This document shows, one piece after another, positions 50,646 through 64,000 of a DNA stretch of 64,000 nucleotides. This stretch comes from Eledone cirrhosa (Eukaryota), in the NCBI GenBank assembly GCA_964016885.1, contig CAXHJY010000766.1, positions 1-64,000 of the forward strand, in the 5' to 3' direction. The notes under the pieces are model-generated. The model ran no database searches. It worked only from the letters and a program-made list of their open reading frames with translations, and was not told the origin of the DNA. Positions within the stretch are counted from its first letter, which is position 1. Each line of letters starts with the position of its first letter. The translations under genes were made by a program, and so were the position numbers.

Positions 50646-51159
50646 ATAGTTGTTGTTGTTGTTAGTAGTAGTAGTAGTAGTACTAGTAGTAGTAGAGGTA
50701 GTAGTAGTTCCAACTCATTTGTCATCCGTCTAGTAAATATATCATCATAATTACTATTATCATCAACATTAGTATTACCATCATCATCATCATCATCATC
50801 ATAATCTTTATTATTATTATTACTATTATGTTCATCAATATCATTATCGTTATTATCATTACAAATTCTTGTTGTTGTTGTTGTTGTTGCAACTATCTTT
50901 AAAAAGGTCACATACATTTTTTTTAAATCTCCAACTAGCAGTGGGGAGTTCGTTATGATGTATACAATTATCTGTGTGTGAGTGTGAGTGGTGTGTGTAG
51001 GTGTGTGTGAGTGTGTGGTGTGTGTGAGTGTGTGGTGTGTGTATATGTATATGTATGTGTGTGTGTGTGTATGATGTGTAAGCAAGTTGAATAGAAAGAC
51101 ATTAGTGCAAATCATGTATTTTATGTTCCTTCAGATAAATTGAGTTATATATATATATG

Positions 51160-51190
<31 letters not shown>

Positions 51191-51264
51191 TTATATATAT
51201 ATATATATTTATATATATGTATATATATTTATATATATGTATATATATTTATATATATGTATAT

Positions 51265-51419
<155 letters not shown>

Positions 51420-51548
51420 GAGGTTATATTTAATTTGTTGTGATACAACAAGCAAATCTTTTTATAACTGATATAAAGCACTCAACAAATTATTGGAGTA
51501 AATATACAATATATTAACAAATGGAAACTATATTTATAAAACCATATT

Positions 51549-51614
51549 TATTTCATTATACATATTTCAAGGGCCACCAAAGCAAACTATGGTGTGCTTT
51601 CATCAGATAAAATA
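51549..51614 (-). ncRNA. Type I hammerhead ribozyme motif (left arm)
   Basis: Reverse complement of 51703-51768. Confidence 0.7.
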
Positions 51615-51702
51615 TAATATAGACTATCTAGAAGATTCCAAACAGAATGGTTGCATTTTTTAAGGGTATGTCAATATTTATTTATAAAACTAACCTATAT
51701 TA

Positions 51703-51768
51703 TATTTTATCTGATGAAAGCGCACCATAGTTTGCTCTGGTGGCCCTTGAAATATGTATAATGAAATA
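51703..51768 (+). ncRNA. Type I hammerhead ribozyme motif
   Basis: TATTTTAT-CTGATGA-AAGCGCACCA...TGGTGGCCCTT-GAAA-TATGTA-TA-ATGAAATA. 8-bp helix I with one G-U pair. Confidence 0.7.
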
Positions 51769-51806
51769 AATATGGTTTTATAAATATAGTTTCCATTTGT
51801 TAATAT

Positions 51807-51865
<59 letters not shown>

Positions 51866-51987
51866 TTGCCCCAGCATGACCTCAGTTATCCGGCTGGAAC
51901 ACGTGATATATATATATATATTTATATATATAGAGAGAGATGCATATGTATATGATTCTAGGTAATCACACACACACATATATATAC

Positions 51988-52022
<35 letters not shown>

Positions 52023-52357
52023 GTAATATATATATATATATATATATAAATATATATATATAATATATGCACATATATATAATATATAGATACATATACA
52101 TATAATATATACATATATATATAATATATACATACATATACATATAATATATACATATATATATAATATATACATACATGCATATATATATAATATATAC
52201 ATACATGCATATATATATATACATACATGCATATATATATATACATACATACATACATATTCACATATATATAGATAATATATGCACACATACATACATA
52301 CACATACATATATATACGTACATATATATAAATATATATATATGTACATACATATGT

Positions 52358-52390
<33 letters not shown>

Positions 52391-52639
52391 TCACATTCAT
52401 AAATCTATATAGATGAAACTGTTTCTGTCTGTGTCAATGATGTATATATATGCATATAATGTGTGTGTGTGTGTGTGCGTGTGTGTGTGCGTGTGCGTGT
52501 AAATATTTCTATACACACCTCAAATTAGACCAGTCTCCTGTCCTCTAATTGACTAATAATAATGTAATGATTATACAACATTAACTGCTGACATGTCAGG
52601 ACAACTCTTCATTAGAGAGGCTTGGCAGTGATGTCTTTC

Positions 52640-53090
52640 ATAGCCACCACCACCACCATCATCATTACCACCACCATCATCACCACCACCACCATCACCA
52701 TTATCACCGTCACCACCCTCATTACCACCACTCTATCACCGCCACCAACATCATTCCCACCTCCACCACCATCACCATCATTCCCATCACCACCACCAAC
52801 GTCACCACCATCATCACCACCACCACCCTCGTTACCACCACCAGCACCACCACCATCATCACAATCACCACCATCACAATCACCACCATCTACCATCGTT
52901 ATCACTATCACCACCACCACCACCAACACAGTATCACCACCACCATCACAATCATCTTCTCCAACCATCACTACCATCAACACCACCACCATCATCACCA
53001 TCACATTCACCACCAGCATCAGCACCACCACCACCACCAATCAGTGCCATTATCTCTGTTACTATCATCAGCATCTTCATCTTAGTCATC
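52640..53090. repeat. Degenerate (ACC/ATC)n tract
   Basis: Directly visible. Confidence 0.9.
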
Positions 53091-53106
53091 AATAGCAGAA
53101 GAGTCT

Positions 53107-53716
53107 TAAAATAAAGTACCAGTAACGTACTGGGGTTGATTTAAGGGAATTTACCCTTCGCTCCAAATTGCTGGTCTTGTGCCAAAACTAGAAAATATTT
53201 GTATTAATTAATATTATTAATTAATGGATTGGCAGAATTGGTAGAGAGTTGGACATGCTTTCCAGCATAGTTACGTCCCTTTACGATCTGAGTTCAAATC
53301 CCGCCGAGGTTGACTTTGCCTTTCATCCTTACGGGGTCGATAAAATAAAGTACCAGTCATGCACTGGGTAATTGCTGGCCTTGTGCCTAAAGTAGAAACA
53401 ATTAATTAATTGTTTCTACTTTTGGCACAAGGCCAGCAATTATCTCAGTGCATGACTGGTACTTTATTTTATTGACCCCGTGATTTGAACTCAGACCATA
53501 AAGGGCCGTAATTCTTTGCTGCAAAGCATGGCGTCCGACATTCTACCGATACTGCCAATCAACCGCCCTTATTATTAATTAATATTACTAATTAATACTA
53601 CTAATTAATAATTGTTTCTACTATTGGCACAAGGCCAGCAAATCATCCAGTACATTACTGGTATTTTATCGACCCTGTAAGGATGAAAGGCAAAGTTAAC
53701 CTCGGCGGGATTTGAA
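53107..53716. mobile_element. Cluster of four SINEs arranged + + - - (53107-53196, 53225-53403, 53408-53567, 53610-53716)
   Basis: All match the SINE consensus; separated by TTAA/TAA-rich linkers. Confidence 0.9.
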
Positions 53717-54582
53717 TAATATTATTTGGATGCGTTTTATTATATTTGTCTTTCTCAGGTTTTACCCCGCTTTCTCTTTCTCTATCTTTCTCTCTCCATT
53801 TTCCCCTATTTGCCCCCTCTCTCTCTTTACCTATATCCCCTTCTCTCTCTGTTTCTTACCCTACGTTTCCTCTCTCCCTTTTTTACCCTACTTGCCCCCT
53901 CTCTCTTTTTATCTGCATTCTCTCTCTCTCTCTCTTACTTACTTTCCCCCCACTCTCTTTTACCCTACTTTCCTCTCTCTCATTCTACATTCCCTCTCTC
54001 TATTTTACCTTACTTTCCCTCCCTCTCTCTCTCCCTCTTACCATACGTTCCCCCTCCCTCACTTTTTATCTCCTCTCTCTCCTCTCTCCCTGACTATCTA
54101 CTGCCTTTCTTAGTTTTTAAACTATTGCACTTGCGCTTCCGGTTCGCGCCATTACAGCTTATATTAAGTGCAACATGAGAGAGGGGGGTAGAGATGGAGG
54201 GGAAGACCCCTAGCACCATTACAGTACACAATAACTGCAACATGAGACGGGGGGGGGGGGTACTGGGGGAAGACCCCTAGAGACACAGCTGCACATTGCT
54301 CTGTGGCCAGCACAACATTGCTTCCCCTTCTTTCTCTCGCAACCACACACATATGCACACAACATGCACATGTACTCACACACGAATATATATGTGTGTG
54401 TGTATATATATATAAATACACACATATATATATATATACATATATATACACATATATATATACATATATACATATATATATATATACATTTATACATATA
54501 CACACACACACACACACTTTATCCGATCCAAACCCGTTAATCTCATCCCATTGCAACTAAACTTAACCTCAAACGTCTCCCC

Positions 54583-55870
54583 CATCACCATCACCACCAC
54601 CATCATCACCACCTCAACCACAAGCATCACCACCACCACCACCACCACCACTAGTACCACCACTAGCGTCAGCATCACCACTACTACCACCACCACCATC
54701 ATCACCAACACTACCACCAACATCACCAGCACATCTACCACAAGCATCCCAAACATCCACCACAAGCATCACCATCCTCATCAACACCACCACCATTACT
54801 ACCACCACTAGTGTCACCATCACCACTACTACCACCACCACCACAATCACCAACATCACCAGCATCACCAACACCAACACTACCACCAACACGCCACCAC
54901 AAGCTTCACCAACATCACCAGCATCACCAACACCAACACTACCACCAACACGCCACCACCGCCACCACAAGCTTCACCAACATCACCAACACCAACACTA
55001 TCACCAACACGCCACCACCGCCACCACAAGCTTCCCCAACATCACCAGCATCACCAACACCAACACTACCACCAACAGGCCACCACCGCCACCACAAGCT
55101 TCACCAACATCACCAGCATCACCAACACCAACACTATCACCAACACGCCACCAACACGCCACCACCGCCACCACAAGCTTCACCAACATCACCAACACCA
55201 ACACTATCACCAACACGCCACCACCGCCACCACAAGCTTCACCAACATCACCAGCATCACCAACACCAACACTACCACCAACAGGCCACCACCGCCACCA
55301 CAAGCTTCACCAACATCACCAGCATCACCAACACCAACACTATCACCAACAGGCCACCACCGCCACCACAAGCTTCACCAACATCACCAGCATCACCAAC
55401 ACCAACACTATCACCAACAGGCCACCACCGCCACCACAAGCTTCCCCAACATCACCAGCATCACCAACACCAACACTATCACCAACAGGCCACCACCGCC
55501 ACCACAAGCTTCACCAACATCACCAGCATCACCACAAACGTAAACATAACCACCACTATCCCCAACATCTCCAGTATCGCCAGCAGCAGCATCACCAAAG
55601 GCAGCATCATCACCATCAACAGCAGCAATAATTCCACCACCACCATCGCCACTCACCACACTCCACACACGGCCTCCTATCTTCTACCACTTGTAATTCC
55701 CACTGCAGCATCAAGATCAATCACATCCGCCCACACAGACACACACCCCATCTACACCACCACTACCATCACCACCACCACCACCACCACCACTACCATC
55801 ACCACCACCACCACTACCACCACTACCATCACCACCACCACCACCACCACCATCACCATCACCACCACTC
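54583..55870. repeat. (ACC)n-derived tract with about 63-bp higher-order repeat
   Basis: Recurrent CCACCACCGCCACCACAAGCTTCACCAACATCACCAGCATCACCAACACCAACACTA. Confidence 0.9.
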
Positions 55871-56081
55871 ACAGTTAAACCCGTCCATTCTTCCGCGAAA
55901 TCAACCTCTCAGCCTACGCATTCCGTCTCAGCGCATCCGCACACACATAACGTATGACCTTCACAATCATCATCATCAACAGCAGCCGTAGTAACATCAT
56001 CATCATCATCAACATTATCATCACCTCTATCATCATCATCATCATCGTCATCTCCATCCCACACCCACGTCTCACTCCCTC

Positions 56082-56208
<127 letters not shown>

Positions 56209-56304
56209 TCGCGTGAATGTATTCGCGTGAATGTATTCCTGCGCATGCGTGTCCCGTGTGTTAAAGAAACGACTGTGTTCATGTTTTAACATTTAATATT
56301 TAGA

Positions 56305-56385
56305 TTCATCCTTACGGGGTCGATAAAATAAAGTACCAGTAATGAACTGAGTAATTGCTGGCCTTGTGCCTAAAGTAGAAACAAA
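56305..56385 (+). mobile_element. SINE 3' half
   Basis: TTCATCCTTACGGGGTCGATAAAAT...AGTAGAAACAA. Confidence 0.85.
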
Positions 56386-56592
56386 TATTTAGAGGAATGA
56401 AGAGTTGTTGTTACAATTTCGTAGAAAGTAAATCTAACTACAGTAAAAGAGGAAGTAAAATTAAACCAACAACAATCCACATCCTGATGATGAGACTTTA
56501 AAAAGCTAGTTACACCCCCCAAATACTACAACACCCTGGAAAAGGCTTGGTGAACAGGCAAGCCGAATACGCTTTAGCGTCGCGGTTGGGAT

Positions 56593-56626
<34 letters not shown>

Positions 56627-56676
56627 ATACATATTTATATAAATATATATATATGTATTACTAATATATATGTATT

Positions 56677-56896
56677 ACTTTTCCCACATCTTACATTAAA
56701 ATTATGGTATGCTTTCACAGACAAAATAATTTGACATGGTATACTTGAAATATGTATAATAAAATAGATATGGTTTTATAAATATAGTTTCCATTTGTTA
56801 ATATCGTATATTTACTCCAAATACTTGTCGAGTGCTTTATATCAGTTATAAAAATATTTGCTTGTTGTATCCCAGCAATTTAAATAGAACTTTTGC

Positions 56897-56934
<38 letters not shown>

Positions 56935-57041
56935 ATGAAAATAGAGAAATTAATGTAAGCAATATGCCAACAATAATTCAGGTATATAAGTGACTATACC
57001 ATCAAGTTGAAAACATTTTTAATGTAAGATGTGGGAAAAGT
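56677..57041. mobile_element. Rearranged PLE family C copy
   Basis: 56737-56895 matches the 51.4-51.8 kb element. The hammerhead 5' half is inverted at 56703-56728. 56677-56701 is the reverse complement of 57017-57041. Confidence 0.65.
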
Positions 57042-57042
57042 T

Positions 57043-57940
57043 TTTGATGTCGTCCACGTCTTCAAAACGGGTCCCCTTGATGACCTCCTTGAGCTTGGAG
57101 AATAGGAAAAAATCACACGGAGCCAGGTCGGGGGAGTAGGGTGGTTGCTCCAGCACGGCGATGTTCTTCTCGGCCAGGAACTGTCGGATGCTCAGGGCAT
57201 TGTGAGCAGGTGCGTTGTCATGGTGAAGCAGACACGATTTGTCCTGCCACAAATCTCGCCTCTTCTCACACACTGAACGAAGCAAACACTGCAGTATCTC
57301 TTTGTAGACATGTTGGTTGATCGTCTGGCCCTGTGGCAAGAACTCGCAGTGGACGATCCCCCTCACATCGAAGAATGTGATCAACATGACCCTGACTTTG
57401 GACTTCGACTGTCGTGCTTTCTTCGGCCTTGGCGACGACGGACTCTTCCACTGAAGGCTCTGGCGTTTGGTTTCCGGGTCGTACTCGAAGATCCATGACT
57501 CATCACCGGTGACGACTGTCCCTAGCAAGTCTGGTTCGGTTTCAAGGCGCTCGAGGATGTCCTGGCACACTTGCATGCGTCGACCCTTCTGGTAATCGTT
57601 CAGCAGTTTTGGCACCATCTTCGCGCAGACTTTCCGCATGTCCAAATCTTCAGTGAGAATCTTCCAGACGCTGTCCCGATTCATGCCCAGCTCATTTGCC
57701 ATCAGTCGAACAGTCAGTCGACAATCACTACGCACCATCTGCCTGACACGCTCAACGTTGACCTGAGTCCTGGTTGTTGAGGGCCTTCCGCTCCTGGAGT
57801 CATCTTCCACGTCCTCGCGTCCTTCTTTAAACCTCTTGCATCACTCAAAAACACGTGAGCGTGACATCGTCCCATCTTCATACACTTGCTGCAGCAATCC
57901 CAGTGCTTCTGACGGAGTTTTCCCCAACCGTACCAGAAAA
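57043..57940 (-). pseudogene. Mariner (D,D34D) transposase pseudogene
   Basis: MVPKLL, VTGDESW, HHDNAPAH-(34 aa)-YSPDLAPCDFFLF. The frame extends upstream as FLVRLGKTPSEA...VFE*CKRFKEGR with TGA at 57841-57843. Start codon and C-terminus are missing. Confidence 0.92.
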
Positions 57941-58073
57941 TCGCTGCAGAGAGCTAAGATTACAGTTACATACTCCAGGGGGATTACTTTGAAGGAGAAA
58001 ACTCTTAGTGTGAAGTTTGGGTTTGAAATAAATCTTTTCTGACATCAGTCCTGGAACTTTTCTGACACACCTC

Positions 58074-58074
<1 letters not shown>
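57043..58074 (-). mobile_element. Mariner element with intact left TIR inserted in TA; right end lost
   Basis: Minus strand TA-CGAGGTGTGTCAGAAAAGTTCCAGGACTG at 58046-58074. Confidence 0.85.
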
Positions 58075-58123
<49 letters not shown>

Positions 58124-58276
58124 TGTCATTGCAACAGCGGAGGTCCGACGATTTTTGATTCCAGAGTTGGGCCAGATTGATACAGATCGAACCTTGAGCT
58201 GATCAATAGCGAAACGCGCGTCACCAATCAATAAACGTAATGAAGGCTTATAAATCGTCCTTGTATTATTATATGA

Positions 58277-58700
58277 GCGGTGGATTGGCAGTATCGGTAG
58301 AGGGTCGGACGCCATGTTTTGCAGCATAGAGTTACGGCCCTTGCCACTCTGAGTTCAAATCCCGCAGAGGTTAACCTTGCCTTTCATCCTTACGGGGTCG
58401 ATAAAATAAAGTACCAATAATGTACTGAGGTAATTGCTGGCCTTGTGCCAAAAGTAGAAACAATTATTATATGTGTGTGTGAGGGCGGTGGATTGGCAGT
58501 ATCGGTAGAGGGTCGGACGCCATGCTTTGCAGCGTAGAGTTACGGCTCTTTATGATCTGAGCTCAAATCCCACCGAGGTTAACTTTGCCTTTCATCCTTA
58601 TGGGTCGATAAAATAAAGTACCAGTCACGCACTGGGGTCGATTTAATCGACTTTCCCCTCCCCCCAAATTACTGGCCTTGTGCCGATATAAGAAACCATT
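58277..58700 (+). mobile_element. Two SINE copies: short type 58277-58465, long type 58484-58700
   Basis: The second copy has the extra GGGGTCGATTTAATCGACTTTCCCCTCCCCCAAATT segment. Confidence 0.9.
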
Positions 58701-58717
58701 ATTATATGTGTGTGTGT

Positions 58718-58749
<32 letters not shown>

Positions 58750-59108
58750 TTATACGTGTGTGTGTGTGTGTGTGTGTATATTCAGCAGAAATAGCACCAC
58801 AGTATATTTTGATCTGTGAAGCAGTTCCCCCTCCAGTGATTCATAACATTTCACGGAATGGAAATCCTATTCGGTTTCTCCGATTGTCTTATTTTCTTAA
58901 TCCGTTATTCTACTATTCTCATATTCTTTGATTCCCTGCTTTCAACCCAATTATGTGTGTCGCAAGATTGTTAACAATCGTCTAAGCGAGACGGGAGGTT
59001 TCTATCTTAATGTCAATGAACCACTAGATAAAGTCTTGTGTGTTTGTGTGTATGTAAGTGTGTTGGGGTGGAGACCTGTCTCTTTTCAAAATGTGTGTGA
59101 GTATATTT

Positions 59109-59139
<31 letters not shown>

Positions 59140-59514
59140 CCGAGTGAGTGTGTATATATGTGCGTGCACGTTCATGTGTATATGTGTATGTGTACAATAG
59201 AGCGGGGACTTGTGTTGTTTACAAAATGTTTGATTATAATACAGATATTTATATGTGTTTGTATGATTATATTATATGTATATATATAAATATATATATA
59301 TACGTACATGTGTGTCTGGTGTGGTGTGGTGTGGGTGTGGTGTGGGTGTGGTGTGGGTGTGGTGTGGGTGTGGTGTGTGTGTGGTGTGTGTGTGGTGTGT
59401 GTGTGTGTGTGTGTACGCGTATGTGTGTATGTGTACGTTAGAGCGAGGACCCGTGTCGTTACAAAGGGAAGTTCAGAAAGCCGACTAAGCCTTAAAGACT
59501 TCATTATTCTTTGA

Positions 59515-59622
59515 CAAATTGACAGAGCGACGAGTGGAACCTTTCAGATCTATGGATCCCGAGTTCAATTCCCACTGAGGTTAATATTGCCTTTTATTGC
59601 TTTTCGGGGTCGATAAAATAAA
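59515..59622 (+). mobile_element. Old degenerate SINE copy
   Basis: GAGTTCAATTCCCACTGAGGTTAA...GGGGTCGATAAAATAAAG. Confidence 0.7.
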
Positions 59623-59714
59623 GGACAAGAGCAAGAATGGAGTCTATTCTTTATGTATTTCCTTTTCTCTTTCTTTCTTACTTTCTTTCTTTCTTTCTTC
59701 CCCCCTCTCTTTCA

Positions 59715-60075
59715 AACACACTCACACACAAACTTCATACTTTCTCTCTGTTTCTCCCCCCCCCCCCTCTCTCTCTCTCTCACACAGACATTTATACTTT
59801 CTCTGTGTTTCTCTCTCTCTCTATCTCACACACACACACACAGACATTTATACTTTCTCTGTGTTTCTCTCTCTCTCTATCTCACACACACACACACAGA
59901 CATTTATACTTTCTCTGTGTTTCTCTCTCTCTCACACAGACATTCATACTTTCTGTGTTTCTCTCTCTCTCTCACACACACACAGACATTCATATTTTCT
60001 CTGTGTTTCTCTCTCTCTCTCTCTCTCTCACACACAGACATTCATACTTTCTCTGTGTTTCTCTCTCACAAACAT
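59715..60075. repeat. Minisatellite CAGACATTYATACTTTCTCTGTGTTT(CT)n(CA)n
   Basis: Six to seven units visible. Confidence 0.9.
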
Positions 60076-60416
60076 GTTTCCCTCACCTCTCTCTCCCCCT
60101 CTCTATTTCTGCCTTTCTCTCTCTTCCCCTCGCTCTCTCTCTGCCTCCAGATTTATTAGCTCTTTTCTTTATTAATTGTATGACTAAAATGTCGTACATC
60201 TAATTCTACGTAGACAAGTTGTTCTTGTTTGTTGTTGTTGTTGCTTTTTGGTGGTGGTGGTGGTTTTTTTTGTTTTTTTATATTTTCGTTTGTCTTAATA
60301 TTCCAAGGACAGTGTTTGACTATTTTGTGAGACAGGGCGACCCTGGGTGGGCTAGCAGTACCGTCGATAAGGGGCAAAACCGCATACGTCTAATTCGACG
60401 GTTGATGACCATAGGG

Positions 60417-64000
<3,584 letters not shown>

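Larger units (their letters stand above)
51420..51814 (-). mobile_element. PLE family C: inverted pLTR pair plus tail
   Basis: Arms 51503-51622 and 51695-51814 (2 mismatches seen), 72-bp spacer, unpaired tail 51420-51502. Homologous to about 6468-6570 and 56703-56895. Confidence 0.75.

Noticed and set aside
54811-55878. 355-aa Pro/Thr/His-rich ORF resembling a mucin or extensin
   Set aside because: (ACC)n-derived repeat open in several frames, with composition shifting between frames; no unique domain.
57841-57843. TGA at a conserved Trp of the mariner, rescuable by A-to-I editing or Sec recoding
   Set aside because: The copy also lacks its start codon, C-terminus and right TIR; a simple G-to-A mutation suffices.
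59318-59400. Yeast-telomere-like TG1-3 tract / G-quadruplex
   Set aside because: Short 11-bp derivative of the surrounding (TG)n; the similarity is coincidental.

Overview
AT-rich eukaryotic (animal) genomic DNA, very probably an octopod cephalopod. That is an inference from the abundant tRNA-derived SINE, which resembles Octopus repeats, and from the extreme (TA)n load. Roughly half of the window is (TA)n/(CA)n/(GA)n/(ACC)n microsatellite, and almost all listed ORFs are translation artefacts of it. No complete host gene is visible; there is one plausible internal exon (36669-36799). The unique islands between microsatellites are mostly transposon debris: a mariner DD34D transposase pseudogene, a 5'-truncated R4/Dong-type LINE, RTE 3' ends, a Gypsy fragment, hAT MITEs with 8-bp TSDs, a non-autonomous Helitron, about 16 copies of one SINE and four minisatellites. 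The most interesting signal is a set of several families of Penelope-like-element pseudo-LTRs inserted in (TA)n as fold-back palindromes. Some carry type I hammerhead ribozyme motifs on both strands (e.g. 17011-17442, 51503-51814); in one family helix III is itself a (UA)n repeat. All calls were made by eye, without database searches.
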